This document shows, one piece after another, positions 14,796 to 23,189 of a stretch of DNA of 24,729 bases. Numbering within the stretch: the stretch's first letter is position 1; every line of letters starts with the position of its first letter. This DNA is from Candidatus Desulfaltia sp. (GTDB lineage Archaea > Thermoproteota > Bathyarchaeia > TCS64): positions 1-24,729 of the forward strand of contig DATKWY010000170.1 of NCBI GenBank assembly GCA_035529295.1. The letters are read 5' to 3'. Under the pieces are notes generated by a model. It had not been told where the DNA came from, ran no database searches, and was given only the letters and a program-made list of their open reading frames with translations. The translations under genes and the position numbers were made by a program.

Positions 14796-16355
14796 ATGGC
14801 GGTGCGCAGGGTCGTCCTCGTCGTCAGGGACGGGTGGGGCTACACGGAGGAGCGGAAAGGCAACGCCGCGAATCTAGCCTACACTCCTAACGACGACCAC
14901 TACATGCACACATACCCATGGGCCCTCCTCAGATGCACCGGCAACGCCGTTGGCCTACCCGAGGGCACCCAGGGGGGCAGCGAGCCAGGCCACCTCACCA
15001 TGGGCGCCGGCAGAGTCGTGTGGCAGCCCCTGGAGGAGATCAATCACAGCATCAGGGACGGCAGCTTCTACGAGAAGAGGCCCTTCCTGGACGCGGTTGA
15101 GCACCTGAAGCGAACCGGGGGCAGGCTTCACCTGGCCGGCCTCCTCAGCGACCAGGGCATCCACGGCACCACGGGCCACCTCTACGCGTTGCTGGAGCTG
15201 GCCAGGAGAAACCGGCTCAGAGAAGTCTACGTCCACTGCTTCCTGGACGGCCGGGACGTCCCCGAGAGGAGCGCCCAGGGCTTCCTGGAGGAGACCCTCC
15301 GGGTCATGAAGGAGAAGCGGGTAGGCCGCATCGCATCCGTGGTGGGCCGCTACTACGCCATGGACAGGGACACCAACTGGGACAGGACGGAGAAGGCATA
15401 CAGGCTCCTCGTCCACGGGGAAGGCAGAGAGGAGACTGATCCCCTGGAGGCGCTGGAGCACGCCTACGCGGGGAACCCTGACCTCACAGACTACTACGTG
15501 GAGCCCATCGTGTTGACGGAGCCAGACGGGTCGCCCGTGGCCGTCGTGGAGGACGAGGACGTCTTCATCCTGTGGAACTTCAGGAGCGACAGGGCCCGGC
15601 AGATAACCTACGCCTTCACCGAGCCCAGTTTCACGCGGTTCAGCCGCGGCCCCAGGCTGGACATCCACTACGTTTGCATGAGTGTCTACGACCAGGCTCT
15701 GGACTTGCCCGCCGTCTTCCCCCAGCACGCCGTCAAAAACAACCTGGGTCAGGTGCTCAGCGCCGCGGGCCTCAGGCAGCTCCGGATCGCCGAGACCGAG
15801 AAGTACGCCCACGTCACCTTCTTCTTCAACAGCCAGGTGGAGCAACCGGAGCCTGGGGAGGACAGGGTATTGGTGCCCAGCCCCAAGGTGCCCAGCTACG
15901 AGATGAAGCCGGAGATGAGCGCCCCCGAGATCACGGAGAGGCTGGTGCCGGAGATCAGGCGCGGCCTCTACGACTTCATACTGGTGAACTACGCCAACGG
16001 TGATCTGGTGGGCCACTCGGCCAACCTGGAGGCCGGGATCAGGGCGTGTGAGGTGGTGGACCGTTGCCTGGGCGTGGTGGTGGACGCCGGGTTAGCCATG
16101 GGATATACGGTGCTGGTGACGGGGGACCACGGCAACATAGAGACCATGTTCTACCCTGACGGTGAGCCTAACCCCAGCCACGGCGTCAACCCTGTGCCCT
16201 TCGTACTCATAAGCGGCGAGGAAGCGCTACGTAGCGTGAAGCTGAGGGGGGGTGAGGGCTTGAGCAGCGTCGCGCCGACGATCCTCAAGCTCATGGGCGT
16301 ACCCAAGCCTCCCGAGATGACGGGTGAGCCCCTCATCGACCCCCAGGGGGCCTGA
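14796..16355 (+). CDS. gpmI: 2,3-bisphosphoglycerate-independent phosphoglycerate mutase, bacterial type
   Basis: RDGWG, GSEPGH (phosphoacceptor Ser), GRYYAMDRD, NFRSDRARQ, AETEKYAHVTFFFN, NGDLVGH and TGDHGN. Confidence 0.96.
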   Translation: MAVRRVVLVVRDGWGYTEERKGNAANLAYTPNDDHYMHTYPWALLRCTGNAVGLPEGTQGGSEPGHLTMGAGRVVWQPLEEINHSIRDGSFYEKRPFLDAVEHLKRTGGRLHLAGLLSDQGIHGTTGHLYALLELARRNRLREVYVHCFLDGRDVPERSAQGFLEETLRVMKEKRVGRIASVVGRYYAMDRDTNWDRTEKAYRLLVHGEGREETDPLEALEHAYAGNPDLTDYYVEPIVLTEPDGSPVAVVEDEDVFILWNFRSDRARQITYAFTEPSFTRFSRGPRLDIHYVCMSVYDQALDLPAVFPQHAVKNNLGQVLSAAGLRQLRIAETEKYAHVTFFFNSQVEQPEPGEDRVLVPSPKVPSYEMKPEMSAPEITERLVPEIRRGLYDFILVNYANGDLVGHSANLEAGIRACEVVDRCLGVVVDAGLAMGYTVLVTGDHGNIETMFYPDGEPNPSHGVNPVPFVLISGEEALRSVKLRGGEGLSSVAPTILKLMGVPKPPEMTGEPLIDPQGA

Positions 16356-16512
16356 AAATCTACGCAAGTGTCTTATTGAACCTCAAAATATTGTTGAATA
16401 TGCCGAAGAATCCGCCGAGAGATTTCTACAAAATTCTTAAACATACGCCGGGGAAGGGCTCCAATTCGACGTTGTCTTCACACTGGTTCAACCTTGCGAG
16501 GCGGGGCCGGAC

Positions 16513-18033
16513 ATGATCAAGGCGAAGGGATTCGATACCGGAAGGTATCTCTCCGCCCAGGTTCGGCGCATCATGGAGCGGGTGGACCAGTACGATAAGC
16601 TGTACCTGGAGTTCGGCGGCAAGCTCAGGTACGACCACCACGCATCCAGGGTGCTGCCAGGCTTCGAGGTGGACACCAAGGTGCAGATGCTCAGGAAGCT
16701 GGGGGCCCAGGCCGAGATAGTGCACTGCATCAGCGCTAAGGACATCGAGCGCCGGAAGGTGCGCCGCGACTTCGGCCTCACCTACGAGGACCAGATCATC
16801 AAGGACATCGGCGACTTGCGTGAGCTGGGCCTGGACGTCTCCGCGGTGGTAATCAACCGTTACGAGGGGGAGCACGCCGCCGACAAGTTCAGGCAGCGCC
16901 TCATCAACCGGGGCATCAGGGTGTACATCCATCACGAGATCGAGGGCTACCTCACGGACATCGACAGGGTGGTTAGCGAGGAGGGCTACGGCCAACCCGA
17001 GCACGTGGACACCAGCCACAGGATCGTGGTGGTGACGGCCCCCGGCCCGGGCAGCGGCAAGATGAGCTTCTGCATGAGCCAGGTCTACCAGGACCGAATG
17101 CGGGGCATAATGAGTGGCTTCGCCAAGTTCGAGACCTTCCCCATATGGAACCTGCCCGTGGAGCACCCCATCAACGTGGCCTACGAGGCGGCCACAGCCG
17201 ACCTGGGCGACTACAACTGCGTGGACCCGTGGCACCGGGACGCCTACGGGGTGGAGGCCACCAACTACAACAGGGACGTGGAGAACTTCGCCATCATGCG
17301 CAGGATCATCGAGAAGATGACGGGGCCCGGGGACCCCATGGCCGAGATCAGGAGCCCCACGGACATGGGGGTTAACATGGCTGGGGAGGGCATCGTGGAC
17401 GACGAGGTCTGCAGGGCCGCCAGCAGGGAGGAGATAGTGCGCCGATTCTACCAGTACCAGAGGGAGTTCGTGGAGGGACTCACCACCTACGACACCTTGG
17501 AGCGGATGGAGGCCATCATGGCCAGGGTGGGTGTGACCCCCGGGGACAGGGGCGTGGCTCTGGCCGCCAACCGGGCCCTGGAGGAGGCCCTGCGGGACCC
17601 GGAGAAGGGGTACAGGGGGCTCCACTCGGGGGCCGCCATAGAGGTCTGGGTGGACTCAGGGAAGGTGCTCCTCACCGGCAAGCGTTCGCCTCTGCTCCAC
17701 TCCGAGTCCGCGGCGCTGCTGAACACGGTGAAGTACCTGGCGGGGATACCCGACGAGATCAATGTGCTGTCCCCCATCATCATAGAGTCCATCACGGGGC
17801 TGAAGAGGGGCCTGGGGCTGGACGAGTCCCTGGACGTGAAGGAGGTGCTGAACGCGCTGGCCGTTAGCGCCGTGTTCAACCCTAACGCCGCCGAGTGCCT
17901 CTCCGCTCTCCCGGCCCTCAGAGGCTGCGAGATGCACTCGACTCATCTGATGGACGGGGGCTGCGAGAAGCCCCTGAAGGAGCTGGGCCTGAACATTACG
18001 ACGGATGCTAGGCTGCCCATCAGCAACTCCTGA
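16513..18033 (+). CDS. DUF1846 (UPF0371) family protein with P-loop
   Basis: KLYLEFGGKL, TAPGPGSGK, GFAKFETFPIWNLP, HPINVAYEAATADL, NYNRDVE and SPTDMGVNMAG. Confidence 0.9.
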   Translation: MIKAKGFDTGRYLSAQVRRIMERVDQYDKLYLEFGGKLRYDHHASRVLPGFEVDTKVQMLRKLGAQAEIVHCISAKDIERRKVRRDFGLTYEDQIIKDIGDLRELGLDVSAVVINRYEGEHAADKFRQRLINRGIRVYIHHEIEGYLTDIDRVVSEEGYGQPEHVDTSHRIVVVTAPGPGSGKMSFCMSQVYQDRMRGIMSGFAKFETFPIWNLPVEHPINVAYEAATADLGDYNCVDPWHRDAYGVEATNYNRDVENFAIMRRIIEKMTGPGDPMAEIRSPTDMGVNMAGEGIVDDEVCRAASREEIVRRFYQYQREFVEGLTTYDTLERMEAIMARVGVTPGDRGVALAANRALEEALRDPEKGYRGLHSGAAIEVWVDSGKVLLTGKRSPLLHSESAALLNTVKYLAGIPDEINVLSPIIIESITGLKRGLGLDESLDVKEVLNALAVSAVFNPNAAECLSALPALRGCEMHSTHLMDGGCEKPLKELGLNITTDARLPISNS

Positions 18034-18219
18034 CGTTTTCACCTCGTGTCCGCGTGAGGCGCCTGTGTTGTCCGCATGGGGCGGCGGTCACTCGACGAAA
18101 TCGGCCTGTCATGGCCATCAGGGTAGTTTTCGTCTGGTCTAAGCTTCAATCCGTTTTTCATAGAATCATTTATAGTCTACAAATTTGAGAAATGGGTGTA
18201 TTATTGGCAGGTCAACGGC

Positions 18220-19848
18220 TTGACGAAGTACATTTTTGTTACCGGCGGCGTGCTGAGTGGCCTGGGCAAGGGGCTGGTCACCTGCAGCGTAGGGAAGATG
18301 CTGGAGGTCCGAGGATACCGGGTGACGGCAGTCAAATGCGACCCGTACCTGAACGTGGACGCCGGCACCATGAACCCCTACATCCATGGCGAGGTTTTCG
18401 TGCTGGAGGACGGCTACGAGGCCGACATGGACCTGGGCACCTACGAGAGGTTCCTGGGCGGCGAGTTCACGGGCCTCAACAACGTCACCAGCGGCCAGGT
18501 CTACCAGACGGTGATACGGAAGGAGCGGGAGGGCGGCTACCTGGGCCGCTGCGTGCAGATCATTCCACACGTGACTGACGAGATCAAGCGAAGGATAAGG
18601 CTGGCCGCCTCCAAGAGCAAGGCGGACGTGGTGCTGGTGGAGTGCGGCGGCACCGTGGGGGACATAGAGGGCCTGCCCTTCCTGGAGTCCTTCAGGCAGA
18701 TGAGGAACGAGGAGAGGCGGGGCGACACCCTGCTGGTTCACGTCACGCTGGTGCCTGTGCTGGAGGCAGTGGGGGAGCCCAAGACCAAGCCGACCCAGCA
18801 CAGCGTCAAGGAGCTGCGCGCCATAGGGCTGCAGCCGGACGTGATAGCGGCGCGCATCGAGAAGGGGCGGCTGGACAAGGCCTCCCGGAGCAAGATCGCC
18901 CTCTACTGCAGCGTGGAGGAGAGGGCCGTTTTCAGCAGCATCAACGTGCCGACCCTCTACGAGCTGCCCCTGGAGCTGGAGAGGCAAGGCATGGGAGACG
19001 TGGTCTGCGAGTACCTGGGGCTCAGGGACTGTAAGCCGGAGTGGGGCGGGTGGAGAGAGATGGTGGAACGCTTCAAGAGCCCCAAGGACGTGGTGAAGAT
19101 CGCCATGTGCGGCAAGTACGCCGAGCTGGCCGACTGCTACGTGAGCGTCAACGAGGCGCTACGCCACGCCGCGGCCAAGGCCGGGTGCAGAGTGCAGATC
19201 GACTGGATCGAGACCGAGTTCTTCGAGGAGGACCTGAAGAAGACAAGCGCCCTGGACGGGTACGACGGCGTACTGGTGCCCGGGGGCTTCGGGCAGAGGG
19301 GAGCCGAAGGCAAGATCATAGCCATCAACCACTGCAGGACCCACGACAAGCCTTTCTTGGGCATCTGCTACGGGTTCCAGCTGGCCACCGTGGAGTTCGC
19401 CAGGAACGTGGTCGGCCTGGAGGGGGCTGCCAGCACCGAGTGCGTCCCGGAGACGCAGCATCCGGTAATAGATCTCCTGCCGGAGCAAAAGGGGGTGAGG
19501 GAGATGGGGGGAACCATGAGGCTGGGCGCCAACCCGGTGGTGCTCCGGGAGGGGAGCCTGCCCCACAGGCTCTACGGGGCGACCGAGATACGTGAGCGGC
19601 ACAGGCACAGGTGGGAGGTGAACCCCGATTACTGGGACAGGCTGGAGGCTGCTGGGGCCGTGTTCCCGGGGTGGAGCAAGGAGAAGAAGCTGAAGGAGCT
19701 GCTGTGGCTGCCGGACCGCTACTTCTTCCTGGGCACCCAGTTCCACCCCGAGTTTAAGAGCCGGCCCTGGGCGCCGAGTCCGCCCTACTATGGGTTCGTG
19801 AAGGCGGCCTACGACAAGAAGCGGGGCAAACCACAGCCCGAGTTCTAA
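18220..19848 (+). CDS. pyrG: CTP synthase
   Basis: [58 protein letters not shown] and QFHPE. Probable TTG start at 18220. Confidence 0.98.
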   Translation: MTKYIFVTGGVLSGLGKGLVTCSVGKMLEVRGYRVTAVKCDPYLNVDAGTMNPYIHGEVFVLEDGYEADMDLGTYERFLGGEFTGLNNVTSGQVYQTVIRKEREGGYLGRCVQIIPHVTDEIKRRIRLAASKSKADVVLVECGGTVGDIEGLPFLESFRQMRNEERRGDTLLVHVTLVPVLEAVGEPKTKPTQHSVKELRAIGLQPDVIAARIEKGRLDKASRSKIALYCSVEERAVFSSINVPTLYELPLELERQGMGDVVCEYLGLRDCKPEWGGWREMVERFKSPKDVVKIAMCGKYAELADCYVSVNEALRHAAAKAGCRVQIDWIETEFFEEDLKKTSALDGYDGVLVPGGFGQRGAEGKIIAINHCRTHDKPFLGICYGFQLATVEFARNVVGLEGAASTECVPETQHPVIDLLPEQKGVREMGGTMRLGANPVVLREGSLPHRLYGATEIRERHRHRWEVNPDYWDRLEAAGAVFPGWSKEKKLKELLWLPDRYFFLGTQFHPEFKSRPWAPSPPYYGFVKAAYDKKRGKPQPEF

Positions 19849-19941
19849 CCCCTTCTTCAAGTTTATTAATTATTATATTCGCGTGAACAGGTGCTGGTTC
19901 TATCGAGGTGAAACCTACTGGAGCCACACAATGCCTGCCGC

Positions 19942-20502
19942 TCATTTCAGGAACCTTCTCTCCAGCCTTCTAAGGTGCTCCGGGGCGGCCTTTCGAGCAT
20001 CCAAGTGCAGATACATAAGCGCGCCACAGATAACGGAAATAAGGGCTCCCGCTATCACCTTATTCAACGCTCCGAGGAGCAGCCCGTTGCCCAGCAGCCA
20101 TAAACTAGCCAACAGCCCAAACGACTCAACTATTACCAGGTACGTGAAGAAGCCTCTGACCAGCGGGTGAAGAGGACTGCTGCTCTGCGCCGTCATCACC
20201 GTCTTGAGGTACGGCGTGTCCCCGTTGTCCATGTCCTCGCCGATGCTGGCCAGCAACCGCAGGGCCTTCAACCCCAGGGGCGTAAGCCAGTACAGGCGGG
20301 CGGCGTCCCCCTCAACCAGCCCCTCCAGCCCCCGCAGATGGTAGTTCAGGTGCCCCGTATTCAGCCCCGTCTCCCCCAGGATGCCGCTATAAGTGACTCC
20401 CATCGGTGCAGCTCCGATGATCTTGATAATGTTGCGGCGCTCATAGTGCCCTATGGCCTGGATCACCGCATCCTCCACATCGTCCTGCCCGGTGCTCGCC
20501 AT
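19942..20502 (-). CDS. ArsR-like winged-helix protein with two C-terminal transmembrane helices
   Basis: AIGHYERRNIIKII...TYSGILGETGLNTGHLNYHLRGLEGLV...YWLTPLG, then FFTYLVIVESFGLLASLWLL and ALNKVIAGALISVICGALMYL. Confidence 0.82.
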   Translation of the reverse strand: MASTGQDDVEDAVIQAIGHYERRNIIKIIGAAPMGVTYSGILGETGLNTGHLNYHLRGLEGLVEGDAARLYWLTPLGLKALRLLASIGEDMDNGDTPYLKTVMTAQSSSPLHPLVRGFFTYLVIVESFGLLASLWLLGNGLLLGALNKVIAGALISVICGALMYLHLDARKAAPEHLRRLERRFLK

Positions 20503-20773
20503 CTTGCCGTCGTCTGAACAAGGTTTTAACCATTAATAACTGTATTTTACTTTGCTGGGGAGCTAAATTAAATAAAATGTGCGGCTGCGCGCACCCCTCC
20601 CACCCATGAAACTGGGCTCGAAGAAGGACAAGCCCCTCACAGCCAAGGAATTGTTTAGGGAGGATGACCCGGACCAAGAATCATAACTTCTTCACATCGT
20701 TTACAACCCTGATAGATTTGTGTACATTTAGGATTTGTTTAGAGTCGCGCGAGCTTAAAGTTGCGAGAAAAAA

Positions 20774-21874
20774 TTATGGGGTGTTTATGATTATGCCGAG
20801 GTCCTCGGCGCTGCCGAGAAGGGTTGACGGCAGGACGCCGTTCCACTGTATAAGCCAAAGGTACCGCGCATACTCATCAGTCATCTTCTCCGTTATGACC
20901 TTGATCGCCTCTGCCGTGGCGTTCGCCTCCAGCATGATCCTCTCGGCCTCTGCCTTAGCAGATATGACCTTCTTCTCAGCCTCGGCACCGGCACTGATTA
21001 TCATCCTCTGAGCCTCGGCGTCGGCGTTGATTATAGTCGCGTTCCTATCCGCCTCGGCCTGTATTATCTTCTGCTGGGCCTCGTACTGAATCCTCACCAG
21101 GATATTCTTAGCCTGCAACGCTTCCTGCTCCGCCGTGACCTTTGCCTCTATGGCCTCCATGAAGCCCGGCGTGAACTGGAAATTAACGAAGTTTACTGTC
21201 TGCACGTTTATTCCGTAAGGCGTAAGCGAGCTATCCAGCTTCTCTGTCAGTTTCTGGACTAAGACCGCTCTAGTCTTTATCAGCTCCTCCGCCGTGAACT
21301 GGGCCGTCGTAGCCTTAAGATCCTCCTGTATGACGGGCTGAAGCAGCAGGGTATGATAGTCCTTCCTCATGTTCTGGTACATCCTCCAAGCCTGGTCGGG
21401 CATGATGTTGAAATGCACCGTCAGCGTAGTCTTTATCTCCTGCAGGTCGCTGGACGCCGTGGACTCTGTGACTTCCTCTTTCTCCAAAGTCACCTTCATA
21501 TCGATTATCTCTTGGACGAAGGGAAGCTTGGTTTGCAGACCCTCATCAAGGTTGACGGGCTCAACCTTGCCCATGGTCACTAAGACGCCTCTGTGACCAG
21601 GAGGAACCGCGTGGAAGCAATCAACAACTGTAACCGCCACGACCAATAAGATTATTAGAAGAGCAACCGAACGCCCCGGATGCATCTCAATGAAGTCGGG
21701 TATGTAGGGGTTGTTGTGTCCGTCCTTGAAACGGTCGTATTCCTCGCCGAACTGTTCTTTCCTCTCCGCCCTTGAATCCGCCCTCTTCCTCAGTTCATGG
21801 CCGAACCTGAGGTATAGGATGACGATGATGATGATGGCTCCGATGACCAACCCAACATAATCAAAAATGTTCAT
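20774..21874 (-). CDS. SPFH / prohibitin-family membrane protein
   Basis: VPPGHRGVLVTMGKV, EGLQTKLPFVQ, ASSDLQ, FTAEELIKTR, FMEAIEAKVTAEQ and WNGVLP. Confidence 0.92.
   Translation of the reverse strand: MNIFDYVGLVIGAIIIIVILYLRFGHELRKRADSRAERKEQFGEEYDRFKDGHNNPYIPDFIEMHPGRSVALLIILLVVAVTVVDCFHAVPPGHRGVLVTMGKVEPVNLDEGLQTKLPFVQEIIDMKVTLEKEEVTESTASSDLQEIKTTLTVHFNIMPDQAWRMYQNMRKDYHTLLLQPVIQEDLKATTAQFTAEELIKTRAVLVQKLTEKLDSSLTPYGINVQTVNFVNFQFTPGFMEAIEAKVTAEQEALQAKNILVRIQYEAQQKIIQAEADRNATIINADAEAQRMIISAGAEAEKKVISAKAEAERIMLEANATAEAIKVITEKMTDEYARYLWLIQWNGVLPSTLLGSAEDLGIIINTP
20918..21082 (-). repeat. Five 33-bp (11-aa) imperfect tandem units in the SPFH coiled coil
   Basis: EAQQKIIQAEA / DRNATIINADA / EAQRMIISAGA / EAEKKVISAKA / EAERIMLEANA. 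Confidence 0.8.
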
Positions 21875-22120
21875 CTATCATCCTCCTTGGCTTCTTGCTT
21901 TCTCTTCTCTATGGCTACATTCACGTCGTCACCGATCTGGATGCCCAGTCTCTTGCGAACCACTGGTAGGATCGTTATCCTGTAGCCGCTTACCACCCTG
22001 GCCGGGAATTCCTCTCTTGACATTTTATTCCGTGCATAAAATGGCGAAAAATGTATATAAAAACATCGAAAATGGTGCTCATAACCGCTTAAAGGTTACG
22101 AGCGCGCACGTTTAAATGGT

Positions 22121-23056
22121 TTAGAATCTGTTTTGTTTGCGCTCATGAAAATATAGTATCTTCTGCCCCGCATCCCCAATTTTATCTTTCAGCATCGTAT
22201 CGTAATACACCTTCTCAGGGAGATCGTAGGACACATAGACCGCTTTCGTAAGTTTATTCCTCCATTTTGCTACTGCTGCCTCCCAACCATTTGTCTTTAG
22301 ATAATCAGCAAGCTGTTTAGTACCAAACCTCTGACCTGTTACACCGTGAGCGTCTTGTATGGCGAGAAAACTCCAAGCTTCAGAGAATGCCTCAACAATG
22401 GAGTCGTCGTCTGCATATGTGGCTATTATCTCATCTGGCAGCTTGCTTTCATCACTCATTGTGAGCCTGCTTGGTTTGAGCTTCTTACCCTCAGGGGCAG
22501 ATGGGCTAAGCGAGTTGACTGCTATGTTATACTGGAAGAACTCCATGGCGAGGCATTGCGTTAATCCCTCTAACCCATACTTTGATGGGCAGTAAGCTAC
22601 TTCAGCTATGAATCCTTTTGTTGCAGACCCTGAAGAAATATTGATGATGCTGCCTCTGCCTTGATTTTTCATCATCGGCAAGAATAGTTTACTCAAAATG
22701 AAGGGAGCACGCAGGTTTATTGAAATCGACTTATCCCATTCTTCGATTGTTGTGTCCTCGAACACTTTCCAGAGGTTATCTGCTGCACAATTGACCAGGG
22801 CATCGAGTCGTCCAAACTGTTTCAATACAAAATCTCTCAACTTGGCCATGTCGTCTAGTATTAGCAGATCTATTGGGAAAATGACACAAGTACCTCCTTT
22901 TGCTTCAATGGTGTCTCTTAATGTCGTCAATTCACTAACCGTGCGAGAGGCGGCTATTACGGTAGCGCCCTCTTCAGCGTATGCAAGGGACATATATTTT
23001 CCAAATCCTCGTCCGGCTCCAGTGACAAGGATCACCTTCCCCTCCAGTCTATTCAT
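22121..23056 (-). CDS. Short-chain dehydrogenase/reductase (SDR), low GC
   Basis: TGAGRGFG, DALVNCA, IINISS and YCPSK (YxxxK); C-terminal extension of unknown role. Confidence 0.92.
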   Translation of the reverse strand: MNRLEGKVILVTGAGRGFGKYMSLAYAEEGATVIAASRTVSELTTLRDTIEAKGGTCVIFPIDLLILDDMAKLRDFVLKQFGRLDALVNCAADNLWKVFEDTTIEEWDKSISINLRAPFILSKLFLPMMKNQGRGSIINISSGSATKGFIAEVAYCPSKYGLEGLTQCLAMEFFQYNIAVNSLSPSAPEGKKLKPSRLTMSDESKLPDEIIATYADDDSIVEAFSEAWSFLAIQDAHGVTGQRFGTKQLADYLKTNGWEAAVAKWRNKLTKAVYVSYDLPEKVYYDTMLKDKIGDAGQKILYFHERKQNRF

Positions 23057-23189
23057 AACAAAAAATACCCTTCACACCTATTATCCTTTTTCTGGATAAT
23101 CATGCACTCTATTACCCAGCGACGCGCGCGTATTTTAAGAGGTATTAGCGCACTCTAAATAAAGAGGTGGTTGGACGAAATCCTCACAT

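Noticed and set aside
16374-16400. TATTGAAC-N11-GTTGAATA imperfect inverted repeat upstream of DUF1846
   Set aside because: 7/8 arms in AT-rich DNA are expected by chance; no second copy.
14955-17625. 353-aa and 399-aa minus-strand ORFs opposite gpmI and DUF1846
   Set aside because: Antisense shadows of well-supported genes.
18047-18083. 13/15 direct repeat tgtccgc.tg.ggcg between DUF1846 and pyrG
   Set aside because: Short, GC-rich and only two copies, with no supporting context. I also could not fold a recognisable riboswitch here.
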